Source: the human T2T-CHM13v2.0 reference genome, Homo sapiens. From it: 64,000 bases of DNA. Shown one piece after another: positions 12,985-26,072 of this stretch. Under the pieces are notes generated by a model. The model worked only from the letters and a program-made list of their open reading frames with translations. It did no database searches and had not been told where the DNA came from. The stretch's first letter is position 1, and the number at the start of each line of letters is the position of its first letter. The position numbers and the translations under genes were made by a program. The stretch is taken from assembly GCF_009914755.1 (NCBI RefSeq), contig NC_060937.1. One strand, 5' to 3'.

Positions 12985-15948
12985 AATCAAATAACAAAAA
13001 GCACAGTCAGCATTATAAGATATCAGACATACCCAGCCCAGAGGCAGGGTGGAGTTGGAGATCATCTAGTCCATCAACCAAATCAATTTAGGTTGATTTT
13101 TTTTTAACAATTTTTTTTTTTAGCCAAGTCAAAAAAAGTATTTTTAGCCTTACTTATATATAACTGTATCTTTTTTGGCTCACTTAGACCATTTTATCAA
13201 AGGAGATCAACCACAAATTCCTGCCGGTTTTTAGTTGTAAGAAGCTTTTTTTATTGGCAGGAAAACTGGGAGAATGTGTAAGTTGTTAAGCAGCCAGGCC
13301 ACTCTGTGCCCAGTATTCTGGTAACTATTGTGAAGGATGTTTAAGAAGCAGGTCAAAGGAATGAAAGGGCATTGGGGAGAAAGGTGAAGAAAATTTATTG
13401 AACACCTATCACATTTTTCCCTCACTAGCTACTTAACTCACACATCCGCACAGGGGCCCAAGGTTAAACCACTTGTCTAGATCACCAAGGAGAGCAAAGA
13501 TAAAATCTTGTTCCTCCCGTAAGCCCTCAGAGCCTGTGATGTCAGACACCTTGTTGAGAGATAACATTCACAAAACAACCAGAGAACCTTGATGGCCATC
13601 ATATATTAGTGACATATTCATGCTGGCATGTGGGGCATAAGTGAGCTCCCGTATTGACTTGGTCTGAGAATGAAGAAGTCTAGCTTTACCCATAATGGGC
13701 TTTAAAGCAGCTCTTTGAGTTTGGTTGGCCCCAGACCTAAAGTCTTGCATCTCTGAACCACTTTACCTATTTTCTTTCCCACAGAGGACAAAAATAAATG
13801 TGTGGAACTGAGCCTAGGTCCTGTGAAACCTTTTATTCTCCAGATGCATAGCATTACCTTGGTGACACAATCCAGTTTTGTGAAATATATGAAAATATTG
13901 GAACTTTTCAAAAATTGTCTAAATTTGGGGGGATGTGCCATGAGAATGTTTAAAATGCAAATTCCCACACAGTTCATCTAATTGATTTTAATCTGATTAT
14001 GCCTGCCCTGCAGGATCTTCCTGGCAGGAATATGATAGGCCACCTGCTTCTTTTAGGGGAAAACATTCTGTTTTGAGGGTAAGAGAAGATTTGAGTGAGG
14101 TTTGCTTTGGTCATGGCTTCTGAAGCTTGATAATTGCAGAAGTTCCATCTGTAAGATGCTCGATTAAAATTCTAGATGAATTGAGTAATCTCCACAAGGC
14201 CAAGAGAATCTAATGTTCTTGAATTTGTTCCATATTCACGATAGATCTAGTAACCATGTGTAGTAATCAGACAAATTCTCCAAAACATACAGCCAGCTGG
14301 ATTCCTGAACTTTAACAAAGTTTTTATGCTGACTGCTTCTGCAACCTCACTAACTAGCCAGCCTAGATAGGAAACTCCCTTCTTAATTCATTCATAAAGT
14401 ACCTTTCGATATATAGACCCAATCTCTAATAAACCTTTTGGAGATCAATTTGCATATGTGATAAAAGTGAAAAAGTTGGTCTTCAGATACCTACTACAGA
14501 AAAAAAAGTGAAAAAGTTCTTAAGCAGATGAGAAATTTAAATAAGATTTTAAGTGTTTTCTGAACATTAATTCACCTCTTGACTTTTGAAACTTTGGTCA
14601 GACGGAAATGTTCATTCCTTCTCCCTGAAAGAGTTGATGGTTAGATTTCATAACACAGAAGCTAGTAAAGCAAATGCAGTAAGAAAAGTAGCCTCCCATA
14701 GGTATTCAAACATGTATTCAAAATTAAGACAGCAGAAAGTCTAAATGTTTAAAATATGCTTCATTAACTTCTGATTCCTTGAATCTATCCCCATTTATTA
14801 ATGTTTATATAGAGAACCAAAAAAACAGAAAAATTACTATGATGACTATTAATTACATCATTTTCCAAAAGGGGGAAAAATATTGTAATCAATGAAACCT
14901 GAATATACTTTTATAATTGATAAGATTAAAAAAGTTGTAATTCCACTTCAGTAACTAAAAGAGTTATTCAGAAGATAAAGCATTTATAATGATGGACCTA
15001 GATTTCTGCTTCCTATAGAGATTTCCTGCCCACGTACACATATTCTGGTTACACAGGAAGGCTCATGAGTTGACTACTTTGGCCAGCCTTCTATTTTGTA
15101 AGTATTGGCAGAGAAATACTTAAGAAAAAAAATGATTTCATAAGTAAACTTATAATTAAGAGAATGAAGAAGAAGATGTAGCTCTTGGGGCTTCCATTGC
15201 CTCCTAACAGAAAACATCTGCTGGACTTCCGGAATTTTCCTAAGACCTTGAGAACACACCCACGCATTTCCAACTTTTTTCCTAACCAGTGAGTTGGCTT
15301 CAGCAGTTTTCAGTTTTATAGCTGACTGTCCCATCCAAACAGTTGTTCAGCTTTGCCCTTTATCATAAATTCATTCCCATTTGTTTATTGCATAGTATTG
15401 GTTACCTTCTGTTAATTGGGAGGTGGGGAGGAGGACCAGAGAACAAGCTCATAGGTACAAACCTTGTCAAAACTAAAACCTGTTTTGTAGATGAGGATTG
15501 GTTCCTTGTATTGTTAGCATTGCCTTTGCTCAAGAGAATCAATCCAACTCATTTTAGTACCATCTGTATCTTTCAAAATGAAGAAGAGTAGTTAAAACAA
15601 TATGAAGTATGGCATGTGTCAAACTCCACAAAGGTGTTTTCCATATAAACTTGAGAAAACCTAATTAAGTGGGTTTTGAAGAGACAATGGAGCTCTGTTT
15701 ATATGTTTGCCTACCCAGGGGAACTAAAACAAACAAAACTTACTTTTAAAAAGCTTCTTCAAAGTTCTCATTTTGTTTTAGAAGAACTTTCAGCTTCATT
15801 GCTTTCTAAGTAGCTTGATATCATTAGAAACTGATAATGCTCAGCACAGTCAGCTCAAGATAAGTTAACCAGCTTACATCCACCTATATGTTTAGGGGTT
15901 CTCTTGGTCTAAAACGTCTTGAAAACCAAATTTCTGTGAATCAGTTAC

Positions 15949-18397
15949 TGTCTTAGTCCACTTGGGCTATTATAACAAAAATACCTTAGGCTGGATAATT
16001 TATAAACGACAGAAATTTATTTCTCACTGTTCTAGAAGCTGGTAAGTCCAAGATCAAAGTACTAGTAGATTTGGTGTCTGATGAGATCCAGGATTCATAG
16101 ATGGTGCCCTGCTGCTGTGTCCTCACGCAGCAGAAAGGACAGATGCTCCCTCCTTTATAAGGGCACTAATCCCACTCATGAGGACATCACTCTAATGACC
16201 TAATCACTTCCCAAAGGCACCACCTCTCAATACCAGCAGATTGGGGATTAGATTTCAGCTTATGAATTTTGGAGGGACACATTCAGTCCGTAACATTTCA
16301 CCCCTAACCTCCCAAAATTTATATCCTTCTCACATGCAAAATACATTCATTCCATTCTAATAGCCCCCAAAAGTCTTAACTCTTTCCAAAATCAACCTAA
16401 AAAGTCTAAAGTCCACAGTCTCATCTAAGTATCATCTAAATCAAGTGAGAGTCCAGGTATGATTGATCCTGAGGCACATTTCTCTCCCAGTATGAGCCTA
16501 TGAAATCAAATAAATTGTGTGCTTCCAAAATACAATGGTGGGACAGGCATAAGACAGACATTTCTATTCTAAAAGGGGGAAACAGGAAAGACTAAAGGAG
16601 TAAGTGATGCCAGGTGAGTCCAAAACCCAACAGGGCAAAGAACATTCGATTTTAAGTCTTGAGAGTCATCTCTGACTCCATATCCGCCTTCTGGACACAC
16701 TGGGGTGGGGATTGGTTCCTTTTGTCTCGGGGCAGCCCCGCCTCCCATGGCTTCACTGGGCACAGCCTTCATTGCAGCTCTCCAGGCTGGGCAAACTGGT
16801 CACTCCACTGTTCTGGGTGCTGGGGGCAGCCCCACTCCCACACCTCCCCACCTAGAAGAAACCTACACTGCCATGAACAGAATATTATTCATGGTGTTCT
16901 GACAGACTGAGGCTTTTTCTGCAACTCTCTTCTTCTTATGAGCCCTCACCTTACGGAGTGAGGAGCCCCTCTCCCACAACACTGCCCTTGTGGGGCCTCT
17001 GTTGTTGGCCCTGCTCCTGTGTCAGGTCTGTGCCTGGTCACAGAACTTCTCCAGGGCATCCCTTGGAAGCTGGGTGGAGGTGGCCACATTCTCACAGCTC
17101 TTGCACTCTGTGTGCCTGCAGAGTTGGCACCACGTGGAGGTCACGAAGGCTTCCTGCTTGTGTCCTCCAGAGAGACCATCTGAGCTACACCTGGACCCAC
17201 TGGAGCCACAGCTGGGGCAGCCGAGGAGCACTGCATCCGATTGCAGGGAGCAGAGACTTGAAATTGTTCTGGCCCCAGGGTCCTGGCATTCTGGGCCTAA
17301 GATGGGTGGGGCAGCCCCAAAGATTGCCTCCGGAGGTCCTTAGTTGTCTTGATTAGCAGCATCTGGCTTCCCTCTACCATACTCATCTCTTTATCAAATG
17401 TTTGCTTGGCTACAATCTCGATGTTCTCTGCTGAACATGTTTTCTACTCTTCTACTACCTGGACAGTCTAAGAATTTTCTAAATCTTTCAGTTCTGCTCT
17501 CTGTTTCTTGATAAATTCCATCTTTAATTTGTTTCTCTCTGTTTACACTTTACTATAGGCAGTCAAGAAAAGTCATGCCACACCTTCACTTTGCTTAGAT
17601 ATTTCTTCTGCCAAATATCCTATTTTATGGCTCAGAAGTCTGCCTTCCACAAAACACAAGTAGATGAGCATGATTCAGCCAAATTCTTTGCTGCTTTGTG
17701 ACAAGGATGGCCTTCCCTTTAGTTTCAATAACATGCTTCTCATTTCTGTCTGAGACCTCATCAGAATGGCCTTTCCTGTCCACATTTCTACCAACATTCT
17801 GATCATGACCACTTAGGGAATCTCTAAGATGGTTGAGGCTTTCTCTACAGCCCCCCTCTTCTTATGAGCCCTCGTCAGAATCACCCTTAAGGTTCTGTTC
17901 ATGGCCATGTAGGTTTTTTTCTAGCATGCACCTCCAGATTCTTTCAGACCCTACCCATTACCCAGTTCTAAAGCTAATTTTACATTTTTAAGTATTTGTT
18001 ACCCCAGCATCCCACTTTTAATACCAGTTTCTGTCTCAGTCCATTCATAGTCCATGCTATAACAAAAATACCTTAAGAGTAGGTGATTTATGTACAACAG
18101 AATGTTATTGCTCATAGTTCTGCAGGCTGGGAAGTTGAAGAGCAAGTGACCAGCAGATGTGGTGTCTGGTAAGAGCTCTCTGCTTCATAGACAGTGCCTT
18201 GCTGCTATGTCTTCACATGACGGAAGGGACAACAGGCTCCCCTGGGCCTCTTTGAGAGATGCACTAATTCCACTCACCAGGGCTGTACCCCCAGGACCTA
18301 CTCACCTTCCAGAGTCCCCACCTCTTAATGCCAACACACTGGGGATCAGATTTCTACTCATGAATTTTGGAGGGACACAGACATTCAGACCATAGCA
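15949..18397 (-). mobile_element. Full-length MaLR LTR retroelement (MLT1A/MLT1A0-like LTRs plus internal region)
   Basis: Two homologous LTRs at 15949-16295 and 18032-18397 with TG...CA ends. 5-bp TSD GTTAC at 15944-15948 and 18398-18402. On the minus strand the LTR starts TGCTATGGTCTGAATGT, and a purine-rich tract precedes the 3' LTR. Confidence 0.88.
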
Positions 18398-19088
18398 GTT
18401 ACTGCTCAAAACAAAGAAGTAAAAGCTAGCAAATAATATAAGTATGATGTATTTAGATTTATTTTAGTATTGCTCATTGCCTTTTTAAGGTAAACTTTCT
18501 GGGTCAATTGAGCTGTTTAGATGCCGACTCATATTTGAAGGTTCTGCTACTCCTCTACAATACCAGACTTATAAAAATCAATATATTGCAATCATTCATA
18601 TACTCAGCGAACATGCTGACACCTACTGCGTGAAGGATTCTGTGATATGGGCAGGGGGTGCAGACTTGTATCAGGCAGCTACTCTCTCAGAATTCACTGC
18701 CTGGCAGGGGGAGGCCAGGAGGCTGTCCCCAGCTAAGACACAAGGCATGGCTTGTGCTAGGCCAACAGGGAGGTGCCGGGAGTGTAATACAACAAGGAGG
18801 AGCCGCCAAGGCTCACAGGAGGGTCCCCATATGGACCCACCATTGCTGAGTGTGTGTAAGAAGAAGAGCAGGACCAGGGAGGTGGGTCTGAGAAACAGTA
18901 CTGATTAAGAAGGAGTCCAGGAAGGAATCCCTGAAAAGAAAATGAAGACCAAGTGGATAGAGAGACAGGAAAGGAGCCACAGACAGTTCTCCCAGAGAAA
19001 GAGGAGGTTAGGAGGAGGGAGTGGTCCACAGGACCTAGCGCCTCTGGGAGACAAGGGTAGAAACCACACCATTTCTAAAATGAGTTGG

Positions 19089-19385
<297 letters not shown>

Positions 19386-22300
19386 AACGTTAGGAAGAGA
19401 GGAAGAAGAGGGTGGTACCTGGAGGGAGATCTGGGCTACAGAGAAACGTTTTAGAAAATCCATGTAAAATCCAAATGCAGCAGATTATTTCAGAGGTCAC
19501 CAGGGTGAATTATGGCTGGGAAATGGACTAACACAAAAAAGATGCTGGTGTATATTGTGGAGGTTCGGGAAGGGTGGGACTCATGATGTGTTCAACAAGG
19601 CTGTATGGAAGCCTGGGTTGAGTCTGTGTCCCAGGAAAGGCCCACTAGTGGGTCCCGGTGTGGGACCCACCCCCGGCCCCCACCCCTTCCTGCCCCTTCT
19701 GGCTTTCTGCTCCACTCCCAGATCCGTCTTCTCCATCACCCGACGTTTTCCTAGAAGGGCATAAAACTTACACCATGAGGGGACCTCCACGTTAGACAGG
19801 GGGAGAAGCTGGAGGACATGAATGGCCCCGCAGTCAGGGCCCAGTCACCTGATCTCAGCTCTGTGGAGGTGAATGTGTTTGAGTTGCCCTTTTTGTGAAG
19901 ACGTGGTAGCTGCAGGCATGGACAACTTACACATTGAGCAATTTATATACTATTTGAAGCCACCTCACTTTTTCCCTTGGTTTTTGGTTTCTGGGGTTTT
20001 CTAAGAGGGGAGAGTGACTCATGTCTTTCCCACTAGTAGGTGGCCTTGGTTTTAATGCTGCTCAATGGATTCTAAGAGAGCATCCCAGGAACCTGCTGGT
20101 ATCAGCCCAGCACATTTTTGGGGTCTCTGGGAATGAGCTTGGGAAGGTGAGTGAAGAACAACTGAAAACAATGAAGCGCATTTGTGGCTGGAGGTCATGT
20201 TCTGATGAATCCCGATCGGGGGAAGCCATGGCTGCTCTTGCAGTGATCAAGTGTCTGCCGCCTGGATTCTTTCCTGGCATGTCAGATTTGCAGCTTCCGA
20301 GAAAGTGCTACTGTCTTGCATGACAAAGTAATATTTGGCTCAAAGAAAACACTGCCAAACTGAGCAGCCAGTAAATTCTATGACAGCATTCACCATAATT
20401 CCCAAATGTAAACCAGATAGTAAAGTGTCGTTCATAACCAGCGGACTGTCAGAAATCAGAGAAATGTGGGAGTGGCCTGCAGAAGCTGATCTGCTGCCCC
20501 TACGGACACTGATGGCTTCCTTCATCGATGCAGACTGGGGAGAAGTGGGCGAGGTGTAGGCCCCAAGCAGTCCCAGGCTGAGAGCCCGGCACAGGACTGG
20601 AAATACTCATCAGGGTTCACAGGCTGTCTGGTCTTAAGGAAGTGACAGCATAAGCAGGAGCATGTCAGTAAATTCACAGCAAGACCCTGCATGCAATTCT
20701 ATTTGCAAATGGACCCTCTCACTCTTGCATGACTGGCTCCAATAGAAGCAAAACTCAGGTCCATCCTAGAGCACATCCCAGGAGAAGTTTCTCTATGGGG
20801 GATGAGCTTCAAAAGTAATTGTAATTTAATTAGAAATTTAGATGTGAGTACCTGGTTTTTTTAGTGGGACTCTTTTTTTTTTTCTTGGTAATTTATACAT
20901 TAGCCGAGACGCTTTTCCTACTACACTGCCAGAAGTTAACTTCTAATAGAGTTCATACATTTTGTTCTCTCTCATGTTTTTTCTCCGTCACCTATTCTTC
21001 ACACCTTTTAAATTTAAGAAGTATGTATGTATACATCTGTGCGTGTGTGTATATGTATCCTTGGCAGCAGTCCTCATTCCTTTGGTGATTACTAAACATT
21101 TGAGGACTGGTAAACTGTGAGGAATTGAACCTTGCTGGCTGAAAGGTAGAGGACCAGAGTCTGCCTTGTTCCCCTTATGCCTTCAGGGGCCCGGCAGGGT
21201 CTCCTGCTCCTGGGGCTCATCCTGCAAGAGGCGGCTGGTATCCAAGCAGCCCACCCCGATCGCCTCCTCAGGGAAGAGGGCAGGGCAGTTAGGAGGCAAT
21301 GCTTCTCCATGGTGCTGGGAATCTCTGTGATATAAACCCGGTGGGATGGAGGAGATTATTTCAAATAATTGATATTTACTTGCATTGACCATGAAACCAA
21401 CCCTTCACGAGCACCCTCTCTGGCCCAGGGCAGCACTGCGCCCCTCGGGTGGGAAAGCCGGTGTGGGAGAGTCCAACCCTGCAGGAAACGGCTTGGAGAA
21501 GCTCCCGCCTGGGACACTGAAGAAGTGAGCGAGGAGGAATGATGCGTCAGTTCAGTTCACCAGGAGAAACGTGGAAAGGCCAGTGTAGCGAGGAGAGCGT
21601 CACACAGTTGTGGAGATGTCAGCAGACACAGTGAGGGACCATGGATGCGGGGCTCCAGCCACCAGAGTGCAGGGTAGAGAGGAGCTGCACCTAGAAAGCC
21701 GTGGCACACGCAGCACCAGGAGGCCTGGGCATCACATCCACCGACCCGAGTTTCACTCTGCAGGGAGCAGAGGGGCCTTCACGTTTTTACATTAGAAAGG
21801 AGTCGGAGAACACGTTGGATTTCAGAATTTGAATGAAGGCAGCTAAGAGAGGAGATGCATGAGGGTGCAGTGGGATGGGGTGCACAGAGGCAGTTCCAGA
21901 GTTAATGCAAGCAAGCAAGGAGGAAGTCCGATCCAGGAAGGAGGTGCTGGGAATGCAGAGGAAACGGCAGACTCCGGAGATGCTTGGCGGAAAGCCCAGT
22001 GGAATCAGTGCCCTCCCAGTGCAGTGTGAGGACGGGGGGCAGCAGTGTCTCCCCCATTTCAGGTTCTGAAGCCCGGCTTGTGGGCCTTGCAATTCACTGA
22101 GTTAAGGAGCAGAGAAGGAAAGGGGGGTTGTTTCTGTTTTTTGGAGTTTTGCTGGGAGCAAGGTTGGAGGAAATGAGGTAAGAAGTTCAACTTGAAGCCT
22201 GCTGAGTTTAAAGTATCTCTAGACCCTCTAGACAGAGGCGTCCAGGAAGGAGGTAGGAGCCGTCCACCTCTGAGCGTTCACTGAAGCCGTTTGGTGTGAA

Positions 22301-23020
22301 TGAAGTATCCCACCTCATGAGTTTGGAGGGAAAGAGAGCAGCAAAACTCCAATGTTGAGCAGAACAGAAATCAGGAAGGGGCCAGAGGAGTGAGGAGAAA
22401 CCCAGGCGGGTCCGTGGCCACCAGAAGAGCCCATTCCAGGAGGGAGGGGGCAGCTGTGCTGGGGCCACAAGGGTCCCCAGGGCGGGGAGGGGCCCTCACA
22501 GCTGGGGATAGTGGCATTGCAGGCCCTTGAAGAAGAGTGTCAGGCCAGAAACCAGCTCACCATGGTTCAAGGTGTGAATGGGGGACAGGAAGTGGCTTTG
22601 GAATGTGTCCAGGTTCTTTTTGAATAGAGAAAAATTTCCTCCTTGACCATGCTTCCCGAAAAGAGAATGAACCCACACTCTGGGATGTGAGGCCAGGAGA
22701 GTTGGCTTCACCGTCGGCTGGCCGTCCCCAAGTCCTGCCCCTTCTCCCGCTCCTGTCTGATGTGAGAGGTGTTGCCACTGCAGTGTATCCAAAGTTCCAG
22801 ACATGCAGAGCCGCCCTCTGGCCATCGTCGGGGTCATGGATCCTTTAGGAGTGAGGAAGCGGGATGCGCTGGTGTGGAAGGCCTTTCATATGGTCGGGCG
22901 TGGACACAGAGAGAAAGCGCCAAACATCCTTGCGGCATTGCTCCTGCCTGGCGGAACAGCACATTCACAGTGAGACAAACCCAGGTCATAATGAGAGCAG
23001 AAGACCACAACAGCCACATG

Positions 23021-23303
23021 ACACGCGTACACACACACGCACACACACATACACACATGCACACACACACATACACGCACACATACACACACACACGCAC
23101 ATATACACATGGACACGCGCACACGTTTACACACATGCAGATATACACATGCACACACACGTACACACATGCACATATATACACACGGACACATACACAT
23201 AACGCACATATGCACATGCACACACGCACACATGTACACACATGCACATATACACATGTACACACATACACGCACATATACACATGCACACATATACACA
23301 CAT
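23021..23303. repeat. Compound (CA)n/(CATA)/(CACG) alternating purine-pyrimidine tract
   Basis: About 280 bp of near-continuous RY alternation. It gives rise to the HT/CV-rich spurious ORFs. Confidence 0.95.
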
Positions 23304-24854
23304 TCTTGCACAAAAATCTCACAAGAACATCACGGGTGAAGCTTTCTAGGAATAATCTTACTAATATTACGAAGCTGACCACCCAGGCTGTGACGGGTAA
23401 ATCGCAATATGGATATTCCAACCGCAAAGAAAGCAAGAATGTACCGTGATCAGCGCAGACCCACCCCGGGTCTCTAGTTTCCCTCTCCCAGTAATGCTCC
23501 TTGTTCCTAATGAACCGCGTGCATCTTTGGTGTCTGCGCTGCTGCCGCTACACCTTTGTGAACACCAAATGCGCAGGAAGCGTATCGGGAGCAGCACGGC
23601 TGCACTCAGTTGTTGCCTTCTGTTTCGTGGATGAAAACTGCTATTGATTTCTCTTTTAACAAGTGCTGTTGGGAAGAACCAGTGTTCTGGAGGCTGTTTT
23701 CGCCCATGTCATGAGAACAGGGCGCCAGCTGAGTCACTTCTCTGGAATGGACGTTAATGTCACTTGGTTTCCTCTCACCCAGGACCCGGGCTTCATGTCT
23801 GGACAAATGAGCCATGCATTATCTTTCCACCAGACTAAAGAAAGATCAGTTTCTTGTGGTTTGTTGTTCTTTTTTTAATTGCGGATGTGTGTTCAGCATT
23901 CGCCCAAATAATCATTCCAAACCGGGGAGTCTTGGGGGAGTGCAGGATGTCCAGATAGCACCAGCCCTTTGTTAACTGGAGAGACGACAGACAATAAACC
24001 CGGCGTGGTGAAACCCGGCCCACACGTCCCGCCCGCCCCAGAGCCAATGCTAGGGCCATCAGGTGGCCCTGGTAGCCAGTGGTTCCAGGACCAGCATCAG
24101 ACACTCGGTGTTACTGTGGACAGTAGCTTTGTACAAGTTCCTAGCGAGGTGATTTCCAAAATATTAGATACCTTTAAAGACAGAGATGAGGAAGACTGAA
24201 TTGGGATCTGGCTTTTACTGTCCGCCATTTAACCTTCCTCACACCAAGCTTCAAGGCAACAGGGAGCGTGAGACATCCGTGAGCAAGAAGCCAGGCTGCT
24301 CAGCCACTCGTGGGCCACGTCCCCTGTCCCCTCGCAGGGCTTGCAGTTATCACACTCAAAGTTAGCCCAGGTTGTTCTCTAGGCGTTGTTGCCAAGCTCA
24401 TAATTCCACATGTTCACAGTCAAATGTATGTTTAGATACCTTAAGTTGCTGCTAACATCCTGAGGGTAGCTTCTGGCTGTAAACAAACATAATTCTGATC
24501 ACTGTGAGACTCATTCTGTTCTTGGACAGCCCCTTGGGGTTCAGTGACATGGACTCCAAGTTCACCATCTGATGTATGGGCTTCTGCCACTGGTGCTGTC
24601 ATCTGGCACCTTCCTAAAACCTTCCCATTCGTACATGACCCCCAGCACCTGTTCTTTTTCTCCCGTAGCTTTCCTTTTCTTCTTGGCGTCAAATTCGAAG
24701 CCACTTTCATACCCTTTTGTTTTCTTCACGACAAAATATGTTACTGATGTTACTGTTATATCAGCTTGGTTTGTTCAGAAATCAAAACAGTGACATCTTT
24801 CTTCCATCTGGTGGAAAGATCATCAGAACCCAGCTAGGTGGTATCAGTGAATAT

Positions 24855-24970
24855 TTCCATTTCCCAAATAAAGAAACTGAGGCTCAGGGAAGGGCAGTGA
24901 CTTGCCTGTGGTCATAGAACTGGCAGAGCTGGGATTCAACCCCGGTAGCACTTCAAATCTGGTACTCTTC
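24855..24970 (-). mobile_element. MIR SINE fragment
   Basis: AAAGAAACTGAGGCTCAGGGAAGGGCAGTGACTTGCCTGTGGTCATAG...GGGATTCAACCC is the reversed MIR core. Confidence 0.75.
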
Positions 24971-25957
24971 CTTCTTGACTGCACGGGGCTCCAAATCACG
25001 TGAATCTGTGTTTAACTGATCAGTGTTAAATCACTTCGGTTTGTTCACAAACCAAATGGCCACCATTCTGCCCTTTTCTCCTCTCAGCTGCCTTCTTCTC
25101 GATGCTCTTAAGCCCTCACTCACGGCCTGTGGGGTTACTGCAGGGACTTCTACCACCGTCTCCCACGTCCCATCTCAGCTCCTATCTGTGGTCAGCACCC
25201 AGGCCTCCCTACAGGTCTTCTCAGCCACGACAGCCTTCTCCCAAGGAACCTGGGCCTCTGCGAAGTGGCCTCCTGATTCCCCACAACTCCCCTGGAACAC
25301 AAAGCTCGTCTTCTCCAAGGTCCAGCTAAACCCTGCTTCAGAATATGCTTAAACAGCCAACCTTTTTAGCATGCAGAACTCCACAGCTGTTTAGAAAATC
25401 TTCCTAATGCAGCCTGTTTTCAACAACGAATCTGTTCAGAGAAGGTAGAGAAAGCATAGGTTATGTCTAAATATTTCCCTGGAGTGTGTTACTATTTCAG
25501 AGTATTAGCCTGCAGCTCCAGGGGCCTCCTCTGCATACCTTTTGACCAGCATTGCTAAAAAGTAACAGAAATGGCTTGTTTGGGTTTCACCTTCTTTTTC
25601 TACCCATCACTCTTTAGCAGGGAGGGGGATTAATGAGCCGTGAAATGGCTACATTTGAGCAGGGTAGGGTTAAAGCAGAGAAGCCATGTTCTTAAATCAC
25701 CTCTGCAGGACTGTGGCTGGCTTGGTTTTGTACGGATTTCCATGAACCCCAGGCATACATTGTTTATTTTTGTAGACAATTTGTCCATCTGCTTTTGGCT
25801 TAATTATCGCTTCAGGAAGATCAGTGGAAAAGATGTATTCAGAGTCCAAGGTCATGTCTGTTCCTCAAGGGAAGTCTGTGTGGATGACAGTGCCCTGTGG
25901 AACTCTTTTGAAAAGCCCCATATGACTCTTCTCTTTCATATACCAGCCAAATGGCCC

Positions 25958-26072
25958 AAACCTCTCTGTGCCTCAGTTTCCTCACCATAAAATGGGTACA
26001 ATGACAGTACCTACCTCGTAGAGGTTTGTGAGGACTACATAGGCTGACTGTTGGAAAGTGCTCCGAACAGTG
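25958..26072 (+). mobile_element. MIR SINE fragment
   Basis: CCTCTCTGTGCCTCAGTTTCCTCACCATAAAATGGGTACAATGACAGTACCTACCTC is the MIR core. Confidence 0.8.

Noticed and set aside
16569-17356. ORFs inside the MaLR internal region as gag/pol remnants
   Set aside because: They are short, occur on both strands and show no recognisable retroviral motifs. MaLRs are non-autonomous.
22769-23449. 226-aa and 200-aa His/Thr- and Cys/Val-rich ORFs
   Set aside because: They are translations of the (CA)n tract, which lacks stop codons.
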